In this document: in pieces, positions 22,493 through 32,354 of the stretch
Position numbering within the stretch: the stretch's first letter is position 1
How the letters are laid out: the number at the start of each line of letters is the position of its first letter
IMG/VR virus record: IMGVR_UViG_3300044878_000127
Location: 1-61,683 of that record
Strand: one strand, 5' to 3'
From: a virus
Lineage: Duplodnaviria; Caudoviricetes
Length of the DNA stretch: 61,683 nt
Notes under the pieces: model-generated
What the model saw: the letters and a program-made list of their open reading frames with translations, nothing else
Told to the model about the DNA's origin: nothing
The model's database searches: none
Made by a program: the position numbers and the translations under genes

Positions 22493-23590
22493 CTATGCGA
22501 GTTCGGCCATGGTTACGACACGCGACAGGTGATCCTCGGTGACACCTTTACCCATGAAATCGTCGAGCTGGGCACGGGTAAACTTGCCGGCGTCGTGCGT
22601 GTTGTTCGAGTAGCCACTGAAGCAAGCGCGGTGATACAGATTGTGGCCGGTGTGGTAGAGCATGAACAGCGGTTCAGCCGTCGGAAACAAGATGTCACGC
22701 AGCTGGGCGGCGCGCTCGAAACGCATTTCCTTCACTGCCTTGTTCATTTCACTGTTCAGCCGTTTCTCGCGGTCACCATGGCTCAAGCGGTCGCGCAGGT
22801 TGGCTGGCTGGATTGTGTAGATGTCGTGGGTGTGCACCACGGCGTGGCCGTACTTGCCACTGACGATATACCACGCGGTGTTCAGGTCGTAGTAAGCCGT
22901 TCCGGTGAATATCCGCTTCGTGCGCCAGTCCTTGTACCAGACCTTCGCCCTGTGCTTGATGGTGCCGCCGTCGCGCGCCGTCTCATTGCATTTCGAGTGT
23001 ATCGGGGCGTGGCCAAGCTCTTTGTTGTAGTGACCGCTCTTGCGGGTTTCGCGGTCCTTCCATTCCAGCGCGGTGACGCCTTTCGGTCCGACGCCAATGG
23101 CCGGGAAGCGCTCCGGGTTGAGCGTGTATCCGGTGAACACGTTGCACAGGTAGTTGATGATGCGGTTGCGCGTGCGTTCCATTTCCAGGCGCATCAGGTA
23201 GGTCATGTGTTTTTCCAGGTCGCTCTGGTAACGGCCTTCATGGTCGGCACGGTCCGGCGTGTTGATGCTCTGGAAGAATTTCAGCGAGATAGACCGGCCC
23301 GACATTTCAAGGTCGGCTTTCAGGTCACCTTTTTGGCAGAAGCGTTTGCGCAGCGCGGATTCAACAGCGTATTTGCCAAAGGATTTCTTTGCGTGTGGCT
23401 CGACTTCCGGCGTGGTCAGGGTCCATCCGATATTGCGCATCATCCACACGACGCGTTTGAACACCTGCTTTTTGTATTCGTGTTCCCACGCCGTTTGCAC
23501 AGAATGGTCACGGACGTTATAGGCGCCTTCCTCGACGATGGACAGCGAAGCGGTTCCCAAGTTGATACTGCCGGTGCGCTCGATCAGCAT
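22493..23590 (-). CDS. Hypothetical protein with a UVR (UvrB/UvrC) motif
   Basis: LNSEMNKAVKEMRFERAAQLRD. Confidence 0.75.
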   Translation of the reverse strand: MLIERTGSINLGTASLSIVEEGAYNVRDHSVQTAWEHEYKKQVFKRVVWMMRNIGWTLTTPEVEPHAKKSFGKYAVESALRKRFCQKGDLKADLEMSGRSISLKFFQSINTPDRADHEGRYQSDLEKHMTYLMRLEMERTRNRIINYLCNVFTGYTLNPERFPAIGVGPKGVTALEWKDRETRKSGHYNKELGHAPIHSKCNETARDGGTIKHRAKVWYKDWRTKRIFTGTAYYDLNTAWYIVSGKYGHAVVHTHDIYTIQPANLRDRLSHGDREKRLNSEMNKAVKEMRFERAAQLRDILFPTAEPLFMLYHTGHNLYHRACFSGYSNNTHDAGKFTRAQLDDFMGKGVTEDHLSRVVTMAELA

Positions 23591-24321
23591 GGGAATACCT
23601 CTGCGTTTGGAGTTTCGATTAGCTTCGGCTCGGCGGCCGCTGGCTCTTCCGTCGGCATCAGCCAGTCAGGAAGCTGTTTCTTTGGCGCCTCGTTGTGCAT
23701 CGGCATCAGAAGACCAACAAAGCGCTGCTCCAGGTCGTGCGTGGTGAAACGTGCAACGACTGAGGTATTGCGCTCGCCGAAAAACATTTCAACGCCCTGG
23801 CCGTACTTGTGGTTTGGGATCAACAGTTTGGCGACCGAAGCGAGACGCGCCAGGTAGACGGCGTTCACGCACGGGAATGATTCACCGGCCTCGCGCTTCA
23901 GGCATACCACCTTGCGCCAGTCGGGATACTTGGCGTCGATGATTTCGATCTTGCTCATGTGCAGCGAGAGCATGGCGAACGGGTTTACTTCAGCAAAAAT
24001 ATTGGCATCACCAGTCACGACTGCGCCCATCTGGCTGATGTACAGCAGTTTTGGCACGGTCATCCGATGTTCGACGCCAGCGGTCGAGCAGGCGCTGATC
24101 AGCTTCTTGCTGATACCGCCAACGATGATTGGCGCTGCTACCCAGCCATCAGGGTCGTGAATCAGGCCGAGCGTGTGCCCGTCGGTGGCCACCATGATCA
24201 CGCCTTTCTCCGGATGCGGCTCGATGAACACGCCTTCTAGGTAATAACGCACGTCTCTGACCGCCATGAAAACGCTCATCGCGGCGAAGTATTTCGGGTT
24301 AACGCGGGCAATAGGTTGCAT
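23584..24321 (-). CDS. Beta sliding-clamp-like protein (partial fold)
   Basis: DVRYYLEGV...MVATDGHTL...IDAKYPDWRKVV...LLMPM match DnaN domain II/III motifs. Confidence 0.7.
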   Translation of the reverse strand: MQPIARVNPKYFAAMSVFMAVRDVRYYLEGVFIEPHPEKGVIMVATDGHTLGLIHDPDGWVAAPIIVGGISKKLISACSTAGVEHRMTVPKLLYISQMGAVVTGDANIFAEVNPFAMLSLHMSKIEIIDAKYPDWRKVVCLKREAGESFPCVNAVYLARLASVAKLLIPNHKYGQGVEMFFGERNTSVVARFTTHDLEQRFVGLLMPMHNEAPKKQLPDWLMPTEEPAAAEPKLIETPNAEVFPC

Positions 24322-24368
24322 GCAGTGATGCCTCTGCAAGGCGCCCGTAGGCGCCGGTCATGGTTGGG

Positions 24369-25526
24369 TTAGTACGCGATGGTTACGGCTGGAATTTGCT
24401 GCTTGATGATCGCGGTTACGATCGCCTTCGCTTCGGCGCCGGACAGGAAACTTGCCTGCTCGCCTTCGCCGGATAGGTTGACCTGCAAAAGCGCTTCGAG
24501 TGCAGCCTTGTTGATGGCGCCGCAATGCGCGCGGTTGGCGGCCCGGGCTTCATCGTCACGGCGCTGCTGATCTTCCTGCTCACGTTGCAGGCGGTCGCGC
24601 TCTTCCTGCTCATCGATTGCCTGCTGGCGAGCGGCGGCGGCAGCTTGGTTCTGGCGTATCACCGACTGATTGCGCTCATCTTCGGCGCGCTCTTCGGCTT
24701 CCTGTTGCGCTTGCTGGGCGCGAATCCTGGCATCTTCGGCGTTGCGCAGACGCTGCGCTTCAGCTTCTCGCCGGTCCTTCTCTTCATTGGCGACGCGCTG
24801 GCGCTCTTGCTCAACTGCCAGATCGGCAGCGTCCTTGAGACGCTTTTGCTCTTCGAGTTCGGCGATCTTGCGACGGTTCTCTACCAGCTCGGCCTGCTCC
24901 GCTTCCCACTGCTTACGTTTGGCCAGGGCATCATTGAGCACGGTAATGCCGTACGCGCGTTTCTGCTCGGCTTCTTCCAGGCGGTGGCCGAAGTCCTCGA
25001 CGGTCAGCGGCTCCTGTTCCAAGCCAAACAGCGCCGATTGAATCTCGTCAGCGGTGGCATCTGGCAGCAATTCGAAGCGCGCCACCACCTGGTCAATGCC
25101 AGCTTGCAAGCGATCTTCTTCGGCGTCGCGTGCGGCCTGCCACTCGTTCAGCGGGGCGCGCACTTCGTCACGCAGCGCGTCCATGTCGGCTTCGAACTGG
25201 CGCAGCTCAGCCTCGATCGGCTTGGTCATTTCCTTGAGTTTCTTCAGGTACAGGCGGCCCGCGCCGTCGACGGCGGTTTTCGAGCGTGCCACGCCCGCGG
25301 CCAATGACGCGATCCGCTTGCGGCCTTTGTCGGTGCTCAGGTCCGGCACCTCGTTGATCACCGCTGCCCGGGCTGCGTCAACGAACTGGCTCAGGCTATT
25401 TTGGCCGAAGATGGTCGGCGCCTTCTCAGCACTGATTGACGGAATCTTGATCAGCTCGGTGGCTGCGACTTCGATGGTGGTGGTTTCAGCGGCGGCGTCC
25501 GCTGCTTTGGTTTTTCTGGCTGCCAT
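24369..25526 (-). CDS. Coiled-coil phage protein
   Basis: PDLSTDKGRKRIASLAAGVARSKT motif and a long E/R/Q coiled coil. Confidence 0.8.
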   Translation of the reverse strand: MAARKTKAADAAAETTTIEVAATELIKIPSISAEKAPTIFGQNSLSQFVDAARAAVINEVPDLSTDKGRKRIASLAAGVARSKTAVDGAGRLYLKKLKEMTKPIEAELRQFEADMDALRDEVRAPLNEWQAARDAEEDRLQAGIDQVVARFELLPDATADEIQSALFGLEQEPLTVEDFGHRLEEAEQKRAYGITVLNDALAKRKQWEAEQAELVENRRKIAELEEQKRLKDAADLAVEQERQRVANEEKDRREAEAQRLRNAEDARIRAQQAQQEAEERAEDERNQSVIRQNQAAAAARQQAIDEQEERDRLQREQEDQQRRDDEARAANRAHCGAINKAALEALLQVNLSGEGEQASFLSGAEAKAIVTAIIKQQIPAVTIAY

Positions 25527-25554
25527 GTCGTGATGCCTCTGATGGTCGTGGTAG

Positions 25555-25833
25555 TTACGCGTCTTTTTTGGTGCTGCGGGATTTCTTGGCCGCGGCCTGG
25601 CACTTGTCCGACACGGTGCGTTTCGGCTTGTCGTCGCGGCGGGTTCCCGGCTCTTCAGCCTGGTCAGCTTCATACTGAAGCACGTCGCTCAGGCGATAGC
25701 CCGGCTTACCGATGATCACGCGCTTCGGGCCTTTGCCTTCGTTGAACCAGTTTTGCAGGGTGCGCGGTGTCAGGTTCCAGCGCTTGGCCAGTTCAACCTG
25801 CGTCAGCACGCGGTCTTCAGTTTCAGCGGTCAT
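25555..25833 (-). CDS. Excisionase/AlpA-like HTH protein
   Basis: LTQVELAKRWNLTPRTLQNW...GKGP...YRLSDV. Confidence 0.8.
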   Translation of the reverse strand: MTAETEDRVLTQVELAKRWNLTPRTLQNWFNEGKGPKRVIIGKPGYRLSDVLQYEADQAEEPGTRRDDKPKRTVSDKCQAAAKKSRSTKKDA

Positions 25834-26746
25834 ACTGTGGGCACTCATCAAGATAGGAATCATCGCCGAAATACGGTTCATCGGCGGGTTGCTGGGTTTG
25901 CTGTCTGGCTTGTGGTTCTGGCTCCGGTTGATCCTTGTTGATGATGGCCTGCAAGCGCGCTGGCTGGCCGGGCTTGTGCTCGACCTTCAGCGGCTCGGGC
26001 GCCTGATTGAACTCGAAGCCCATGGCGTCGTTGTCGTGGGCAATGACACGCTCCAGGTCTTCGCTGTCGGTCGGCAGCTGCTTGAAGGCGCGTTTGATCA
26101 CGGCCTTGATGCAGAATTGATCCTCCCAGTTTTTCCAGCCTGGCCCGTTGGGTGACTTCGAGGCGGCGCGCACAGAGGCCAAGTCCCGAGCGTTCATCAC
26201 TTCACGCTTGATCTGGCCGTTCTTCAGGGTGATGACGCAGTAGGCGGCAATGATCTTTCCCGGGTCTTCTGCACCCATGTACGGCTTGTGCACGATGCGG
26301 GGTGCGTCACCACGCTCGTACTCGAACACGTCCTTTTCGCGCACGGCCACGCCATCGATCATGGCCACGTCGCCCGTGCGATAAAGAATGCTGATCAGGC
26401 CGCGCACCATCGGCATGTACTGCGCTTGCTTCTCCCAAACAGCGGGGCAATTCTTCTTGGCGACGTTGCAGTTGTAGACCTGGATCACTGCCTCTTTACC
26501 GTCGGGCAGTAAGCCGTCCTTGGCCGCCAGCATGATCGACCCCATCAGCGATGGCATGGTGCAGGTAAGCAGCTCCGGGTTCATGCTCACCACGGTCATG
26601 GCGGTGCGAATGAAGCGGTCGACATCGATACCCTTCGGCAGCTGGGCGGCGACCTGATCGCGCTGATTGCCGGTCAGGATCGCCTTGAAGGCGGCGGCCG
26701 GGCTCACTGCTTTTTTATCTTCGGTGGTGGTTACGTTGGTGCTCAT
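25823..26746 (-). CDS. recT: RecT-family ssDNA annealing protein
   Basis: RFIRTAM...SLMGSIMLAAKDGLLPDG...KAVIKRAFKQLP. Confidence 0.88.
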   Translation of the reverse strand: MSTNVTTTEDKKAVSPAAAFKAILTGNQRDQVAAQLPKGIDVDRFIRTAMTVVSMNPELLTCTMPSLMGSIMLAAKDGLLPDGKEAVIQVYNCNVAKKNCPAVWEKQAQYMPMVRGLISILYRTGDVAMIDGVAVREKDVFEYERGDAPRIVHKPYMGAEDPGKIIAAYCVITLKNGQIKREVMNARDLASVRAASKSPNGPGWKNWEDQFCIKAVIKRAFKQLPTDSEDLERVIAHDNDAMGFEFNQAPEPLKVEHKPGQPARLQAIINKDQPEPEPQARQQTQQPADEPYFGDDSYLDECPQYDR

Positions 26747-26773
26747 GCTGACAGCCTCGAAACGATAGGTGGA

Positions 26774-27766
26774 TTACTGCGATTTGGCGTAGATGCGCAT
26801 CATTCGATACCCCGAGCGGCCGCCCAGGCGCTGGCCAATGTGCGCAGGGGTGATCAGCGTGCCGGCGCTGTCCTTGGTGGTGCCGGCGCTGATGCTGTAG
26901 TCGGGAACCAGTACCTTGGCGTTGTGGCCGATGGTTACCAGAATCTCGGCCTTGAGCGCGTCCTTTTTCTCGCCATAGGTCTTGGCTTCTTTGCTGGCCG
27001 CCTCATGCAAGGTGATCAGCTCTTTCAAGCGTGCGTTGTCGCCCATGTCGACGGTCTTGCCGTTGTCCTGGTACAGCAGCTGCGCGATGGTGGCGCCGTC
27101 CTGCGTGAAATCCGGGGCTGGCGCCTTGCCGGTGTCGACCATGTGCCAGAACTCGCCGACCTTGTTGATGATGGCCTGACCGATAGAGCGATCACGCTGG
27201 CGCAGGAACGGTGACGGCATGTTGCCACCCACCAGCGGCGCGATGAGCGTCCACTCCATGTCCGCGGTTTCTTGCTGGTGCTGCACTTGCAGCTCGATGT
27301 GCGGCGGCGCTTCCATAATGTGCTCGTCCACGATCCACGCGCGCTTAAATTGCAGGCCGTCGACGTTCTTCACTTCCATGATGCCCGGGCCGTTGTCACG
27401 GAAGGCGTCGCGGTAGGTTTCATCGGTGCCGGTGTAGTCTTCCGCCAGGCCGATGATTCTGAAGTCAAACGACGAGCCCATGCGCAGCTCAGGCATGCGG
27501 GCGTAAACCTTGAACGGCTCGACGATCAGGCCGGTGTCTTCGGCGATCCCGTAGGCAATGGCCGCTTCGAGCCGGTTGCCCCAGCGAATGCGATCGTTCA
27601 GTTCAAAATCGGCTTCGAGCTGACCGGTCTTGGCATGAAACAAGCTGTAGGCGGTGGCGTAGGGTGAGCAGCCGAACAGCGCAGAGCACTCGGTCGACGT
27701 GACGTCTTCGGCGCGCATGCCAAGCCATTCTTCTTCGGTGGTGAACATCAGGAATTCGCGTTTCAT
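26774..27766 (-). CDS. YqaJ-like recombination exonuclease
   Basis: EEWLGMR...WGNRLE...SFD...EVK...QVQHQ; adjacent to recT. Confidence 0.88.
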   Translation of the reverse strand: MKREFLMFTTEEEWLGMRAEDVTSTECSALFGCSPYATAYSLFHAKTGQLEADFELNDRIRWGNRLEAAIAYGIAEDTGLIVEPFKVYARMPELRMGSSFDFRIIGLAEDYTGTDETYRDAFRDNGPGIMEVKNVDGLQFKRAWIVDEHIMEAPPHIELQVQHQQETADMEWTLIAPLVGGNMPSPFLRQRDRSIGQAIINKVGEFWHMVDTGKAPAPDFTQDGATIAQLLYQDNGKTVDMGDNARLKELITLHEAASKEAKTYGEKKDALKAEILVTIGHNAKVLVPDYSISAGTTKDSAGTLITPAHIGQRLGGRSGYRMMRIYAKSQ

Positions 27767-27797
27767 GGATGCCTCAAGTGGTGTTGTTGGAGGCCAT

Positions 27798-27826
27798 ATA
27801 ATGGCGAATACGTTTCGCCTTGGCAA
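27798..27826 (-). promoter_or_regulatory. Sigma70-like promoter of the leftward early operon
   Basis: TTGCCA-17-CATTAT; the spacer holds the inverted repeat GGCGAA-N5-TTCGCC. Confidence 0.5.
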
Positions 27827-27859
27827 CCGGTATTTTCGCCAACCAATGAATGGATTTCG

Positions 27860-28435
27860 TCACATCCTCGACATCAGAACCGGCGCCGCCCACTCCAGTG
27901 TCACCGATTCGGCCGTGTAGGGTCCGGACAGGTTGAAGGTGCCGAGCTGGTAACCTCGGCGCACCGTGGCCAGCACTTGCGCCCCGCCGCCGATCTTGGC
28001 GTAACAGAAGCGCCCGACGGCATCGCCCGCGACTTCGCTGGGCCTCACGCAAAAGAATGACCATCCATCCATCCAGGCATTGGCCGAGTCGGCGGTGTGG
28101 GCCTGGAGCACCACCACGCCTTCCGGCAATCCCTCGGGCGACGGTGTGCGCTCGGGCCTATCGAGCAATGCAACGGTGCCATCGCCGCGCATCACGCCAA
28201 TCATCGGTAGTCGAGTGTCGCGCACGCCTTCAATGCCGGCAGCCTCGGCGATCCTGGCCAGCGGCACGCCGAAGATCATCGCCAGTTGATTGGCTTCGTC
28301 CAGCTGCATGCGCCGCTTTCCGGAAAAGGTCAGCGACAATTGCGAGTGCCCCATGCCCATACGAGCAGCCACGGCACGGAGGGAAAGTTTTTGTTGTGCC
28401 ATCAAAGCCTTGAAAAAACGCTTATCGACGGTCAT
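27860..28435 (-). CDS. XRE-family HTH repressor-like regulator
   Basis: LSLRAVAARMGMGHSQLSLTFSGKRRM; divergent from the AlpA-like gene. Confidence 0.82.
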   Translation of the reverse strand: MTVDKRFFKALMAQQKLSLRAVAARMGMGHSQLSLTFSGKRRMQLDEANQLAMIFGVPLARIAEAAGIEGVRDTRLPMIGVMRGDGTVALLDRPERTPSPEGLPEGVVVLQAHTADSANAWMDGWSFFCVRPSEVAGDAVGRFCYAKIGGGAQVLATVRRGYQLGTFNLSGPYTAESVTLEWAAPVLMSRM

Positions 28436-28472
28436 GGGGGATGCCTCTGTTAAAGTTTTGGAATCAAACCAG

Positions 28473-28502
28473 TTGCTTCTGTGGTGGGTACGGTAATACG
28501 AT
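28473..28502 (+). promoter_or_regulatory. Sigma70-like rightward promoter with operator-like boxes
   Basis: TTGCTT-18-TACGAT; 17-bp boxes at 28454-28470 and 28492-28508. Confidence 0.5.
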
Positions 28503-28552
28503 AGCACCACAACGCATCACGTCGAACCACAAGGCGTCACAAGAGGTCAAGA

Positions 28553-28747
28553 ATGGACGAGCGGCTTTTGAAACTGCCGGAAGTCATCAGCCTTACGGGG
28601 TTGAGCAAATCAACCATCGACCGCAAAGAGCGTGATAACGAGTTCCCGAAACGGGTCAAGCTCGGGGCGCGCTGGGTCGCATGGCCGGAAAGCAAAATCA
28701 AGGCTTGGGTACAGGCCACAATCGAAGCAACGGGAGAAGGTAAGTAA
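28553..28747 (+). CDS. AlpA-family transcriptional regulator
   Basis: [19 protein letters not shown]...[17 protein letters not shown]. Confidence 0.9.
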   Translation: MDERLLKLPEVISLTGLSKSTIDRKERDNEFPKRVKLGARWVAWPESKIKAWVQATIEATGEGK

Positions 28748-29256
28748 TGGCTGATTTGAACGAGTGGCAAGGGATCGGGCGCTTGGGCCGCGACATCGAG
28801 TTGCGCTACCTGGGTAACGGTGATGCGGTGGCGAGCTTCAGCATTGCCTGTGACGACAGTTACAAGGACAAGCAATCAGGCCAAAAGGTCGAGCGCACCG
28901 AGTGGGTTCGCTGCGTGGCGTTCCGTCAATCGGCTGAATTTCTGGCGGAATGGTTGGTCAAGGGCGCTCGCGTGCTGATCAAGGGCAAGTTGAAAACCCG
29001 CGAGTATGAAAAGGATGGCGTGAAGCATTACGTCACCGAGATTCACGCGGATCGCGGCACGCAGATCATCGACTGGCCAGAGCGCGAACCGAACCAAACG
29101 CAGCAGCAACAGGCCCCGCGCCAGCAACAACAGCGCCAGGCGCCGAACAACCAGCAGTCGGCGCCACGCCAGCAGCAGCAACGTCCAAGCCCGCAGCAGG
29201 CCGCACCGCAACCGCAGCCGGACTTTGATTCATTTGATGAAGATATCCCGTTTTAG
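28747..29256 (+). CDS. ssb: Single-stranded DNA-binding protein
   Basis: OB-fold motifs, Q-rich linker, C-terminal DEDIPF. Confidence 0.95.
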   Translation: MADLNEWQGIGRLGRDIELRYLGNGDAVASFSIACDDSYKDKQSGQKVERTEWVRCVAFRQSAEFLAEWLVKGARVLIKGKLKTREYEKDGVKHYVTEIHADRGTQIIDWPEREPNQTQQQQAPRQQQQRQAPNNQQSAPRQQQQRPSPQQAAPQPQPDFDSFDEDIPF

Positions 29257-29325
29257 ACCATATTCCATTGTTATTGGTGCTGTATCAGCTCATCATGGTC
29301 TGGTTTCCTAACCAGGTCCTTTTGA

Positions 29326-29754
29326 ATGAAACATTGCAACACTTGCAGCACAACAAAGCAGCGATCCGACTTCCATAAACGCGCAGCATCGATTGATGGA
29401 TTGGCGGCCCGCTGCAAGGAATGCCAAAAGGCATACGACCAAGCGAGAAAAGACGACCCGGAGCGGCTGCGCGCTCGAAGGGAGTACGCAAAAACCGCAC
29501 CCGGCAAGGCTGCCGGTGGGCGCGCCAAGAAAGAATGGCGCGAACGGAACACCAGAAAGGCCAGGGCGCACGCAGCTATAGGGTACGCAATGCGAAGTGG
29601 CAAGCTGTTCAAAAAGCCATGCGAGCAGTGCGGAACCACTGAGTCGATACACGCGCACCACGATGATTACGCTGAACCGTTGAATATTCGCTGGCTCTGC
29701 GCCGCCCATCACCATCAGTGGCACGCAGAGCACGGCGAAGCACTAAACCCATAA
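29326..29754 (+). CDS. HNH-type endonuclease
   Basis: CNTC...CKEC...PCEQCG...HAHHDDY..PLNIRWLCAAHH. Confidence 0.85.
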   Translation: MKHCNTCSTTKQRSDFHKRAASIDGLAARCKECQKAYDQARKDDPERLRARREYAKTAPGKAAGGRAKKEWRERNTRKARAHAAIGYAMRSGKLFKKPCEQCGTTESIHAHHDDYAEPLNIRWLCAAHHHQWHAEHGEALNP

Positions 29755-29768
29755 ACTAGAGGCATCAA

Positions 29769-30938
29769 ATGAACCTTTTTAAATCCGCTGTAGTTTTCTC
29801 CGCTGAACTCCCTGCCATCGACGCGATGCTGAACCACTTGGCTGAAATCCCTTTCGGCCCTGTCGGTGAGGCGTCCGTGTCGAGGGCGGGCTTTATTCGC
29901 AACATCGCCACCGGGGAGCTGGTGACGCCAATCGAGGGCGGCTATTCCTTCAGTGTGCGCCTGGACGAAAAGATTCTGCCGGCCAGCGCCGTAAGCCGCG
30001 CGGTCAATGATGCGATCCAAGCCTACGCCGACGACAACGAACTGACCGTTGCTGACCTGGACGAAGACCTGATCGGCCTGCTCAAAGAACAGACGCTTTC
30101 GAAGTTGATCGCCAACGCGCTGATCAAAACCACCGTCGTGAACGCCTTCTACAGCGAGTCGGCGCAGTACCTGATTGTGCCGACCACCAGCAAGCCGCTG
30201 GCGCAAACGGTGATGGGCCTGCTGATCAAGGCTGTCGGATCGGTCAAGACGTCGACCATTCATGTGTCGAACATCAAGGGCGGCCTGACCACGCGCCTGA
30301 AAAACTTCCTCGGCATGGATGGCGAAGACAGCGATGAAACCGCATTCGACGGCTTCAAGCTGGGCGCGTCGTGCCTGCTCAAGCTGAAGAGCGACAAGGC
30401 CAAGTTCGACATGGGCGACCTGACCGAGGCGAGCGCCGGCTTGCGTGAAGCGCTGACCGGGGAAATGGAAGTTGAGTTGATGGAGCTGATCCACGAAGGT
30501 GTCGCGTTCAAGCTGACCCATGACTTCAAGCTGCGCGGCGTCCAGTTCCTGGCCGAGCTTACCGAAGACGAGGCGGAAAAATTGGAAGAGGCTGACAGCG
30601 CCTTTGCCTGGCGCCTGGTCGCGGCCACGCAGTTGCTGCAAGTGGTGGCCCTGATTGATGCGCTGTGCCAGCTGTTCGAGTACAAGCGCGAGCCGCTGAC
30701 CGAGGCGCATATCCAAACCGCACCAACCCCAACCCCGGAGCCTGAAGGCGATGAAAACGACGTGCTGTTTGACGAGGCCGTGGCCTACGTCCGTGAAAGT
30801 GGTCGTGCATCAATCACGGCGGTACAGCGTCAATTCAAAATCGGCTACAACCGTGCGGCCCGGCTGATCGAGCGCATGGAACTGGAAAACGTTGTGACGC
30901 CAATGAACACCAACGGCTCGCGCGAAGTGATGTTGTAA
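29769..30938 (+). CDS. rdgC: RdgC-like recombination protein with C-terminal FtsK-gamma domain
   Basis: EKILPASAV motif; DVLFDEAVAYV...SITAVQRQFKIGYNRAARLIE. Confidence 0.85.
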   Translation: MNLFKSAVVFSAELPAIDAMLNHLAEIPFGPVGEASVSRAGFIRNIATGELVTPIEGGYSFSVRLDEKILPASAVSRAVNDAIQAYADDNELTVADLDEDLIGLLKEQTLSKLIANALIKTTVVNAFYSESAQYLIVPTTSKPLAQTVMGLLIKAVGSVKTSTIHVSNIKGGLTTRLKNFLGMDGEDSDETAFDGFKLGASCLLKLKSDKAKFDMGDLTEASAGLREALTGEMEVELMELIHEGVAFKLTHDFKLRGVQFLAELTEDEAEKLEEADSAFAWRLVAATQLLQVVALIDALCQLFEYKREPLTEAHIQTAPTPTPEPEGDENDVLFDEAVAYVRESGRASITAVQRQFKIGYNRAARLIERMELENVVTPMNTNGSREVML

Positions 30939-31210
30939 TGACGTACCGGGTTGACTGGAAACTGAATTACCAGTCGCCCCGGATTCGCGGTAAGCGCTTC
31001 GCCCCGAAGCGCGCCGTGAACTGGCGCGGCAGCGTGTCGATGGTCTACATCGAAGGCGACAAGCGCGTGACGGACGCCCGCGAATGGGTGTCACCGTGCC
31101 CGCTGAAACGGGATGAAGCATTGGACGTCATGCGCGCCATGCTTCAGGACATCATTGATGAAAGCGGCCAGGGCGCCGTCGACGCGGCGTTTTGGATGGA
31201 GGTCCGGTGA
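30938..31210 (+). CDS. Hypothetical protein
   Basis: Coupled ORF in the operon. Confidence 0.7.
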   Translation: MTYRVDWKLNYQSPRIRGKRFAPKRAVNWRGSVSMVYIEGDKRVTDAREWVSPCPLKRDEALDVMRAMLQDIIDESGQGAVDAAFWMEVR

Positions 31211-31680
31211 AAGGCTATTTCCGCAAGATGCCGGGCGGCATTCTGGTCCCTGACAATGACGAAACCGCGGCCTACCTGCAAAAGATCAAGACCGGCGCGG
31301 TGATCAGCGGCGAGTTTGTCCAACCTCGCAACTACAAGTTCCTGCAAAAAACCATGTGCCTGTTCCAACACTGCTTTGATGTGTTTTCCGAGCAGATGGA
31401 AGAGAGCCACATGGAATACAAGGGGCAGAAGGCCGAGCCGTCGCTTGACCGGTTCCGGCATGACTTGACGATCTTGGCCGGGCACTACGATGTCACCTAT
31501 GACATCAATGGCGTGGTCAGGCTGGAAGCCAAGAGCCTCAGCTACGGCAAGTGTTCGGAGCAGGAAGCCGAACGCATTTACAACGACGTGATCAATGCCG
31601 CGCTGAAACAAGTCTTCAGAATGAGCATGACCGAGGACGAGCTGAAAAAAACCATCGATCAGATATTGGGGTACGCATGA
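31207..31680 (+). CDS. DUF1367-family protein
   Basis: PRNYKF...FRHDLTILAGHY...EAKSLSY. Confidence 0.8.
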   Translation: MKGYFRKMPGGILVPDNDETAAYLQKIKTGAVISGEFVQPRNYKFLQKTMCLFQHCFDVFSEQMEESHMEYKGQKAEPSLDRFRHDLTILAGHYDVTYDINGVVRLEAKSLSYGKCSEQEAERIYNDVINAALKQVFRMSMTEDELKKTIDQILGYA

Positions 31681-31681
31681 C

Positions 31682-32062
31682 ATGGCAGAATTCGAACGTG
31701 AGAACCGTTACATCGTTATCAAGCGCAGCGACCTCGACAAGCTCTACAAAGACCCTACTAAGTACGCGACCACGTTTGGTCATGCCTTAGCGCTGATTGC
31801 TCCGCATTTGCCGCCGCGGCAATTTGTGGTAGTCGAAAGCGACTGGCCTGAATATAACCTGGTATGGATGATGCTTGAGCATCGCATGGCCGGAAATCCG
31901 GTGCCGGACTTCAACGCGGTGCGCCACACCGAAGAGCTGCGCCGCGCATTGGCAGGCCTGCTGTTCGAGTTCGACGACGGCGTAAATGGTGGTCGCGGCG
32001 AACGGGTTGCCGCGCTCGACTACGCCCGCACGCTGGTATCGCCGGCAGAGTTCAAGGCATGA
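31682..32062 (+). CDS. Hypothetical protein
   Basis: FERENRYIVIKRSD...VVVESDWPEY motif common in phages. Confidence 0.75.
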   Translation: MAEFERENRYIVIKRSDLDKLYKDPTKYATTFGHALALIAPHLPPRQFVVVESDWPEYNLVWMMLEHRMAGNPVPDFNAVRHTEELRRALAGLLFEFDDGVNGGRGERVAALDYARTLVSPAEFKA

Positions 32063-32346
32063 ACGCCGTCGAAAAGAAGCATTTGAACAAGGTGGCGGCC
32101 TACGGCTGTATCGCGTGCCATGTCCAAGGCACACCGGGCACGCCGGGCGAGATTCACCATCCGCGCGCTGGGGGCGCTGGCATGGGCAAGAAGGCTTCGC
32201 ACTATGACGCCATTTGCCTGTGCCCGCCGCATCACCGTGGTACCGCTGGCCTGAGCGTGCCGAGCATTCACGCCAGCAAGAACGCTTTTATCGAGGCCTT
32301 CGGCACCGAGGCGGAATTGCTGGAGCTGTCGAAAACATTGATCTAG
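32059..32346 (+). CDS. Ref-family (RecA-dependent) HNH nuclease
   Basis: GCIAC...EIHH...GMGKKASH...LCPPHHR...FGTEAELL. Confidence 0.85.
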   Translation: MNAVEKKHLNKVAAYGCIACHVQGTPGTPGEIHHPRAGGAGMGKKASHYDAICLCPPHHRGTAGLSVPSIHASKNAFIEAFGTEAELLELSKTLI

Positions 32347-32354
32347 GGGGATTC

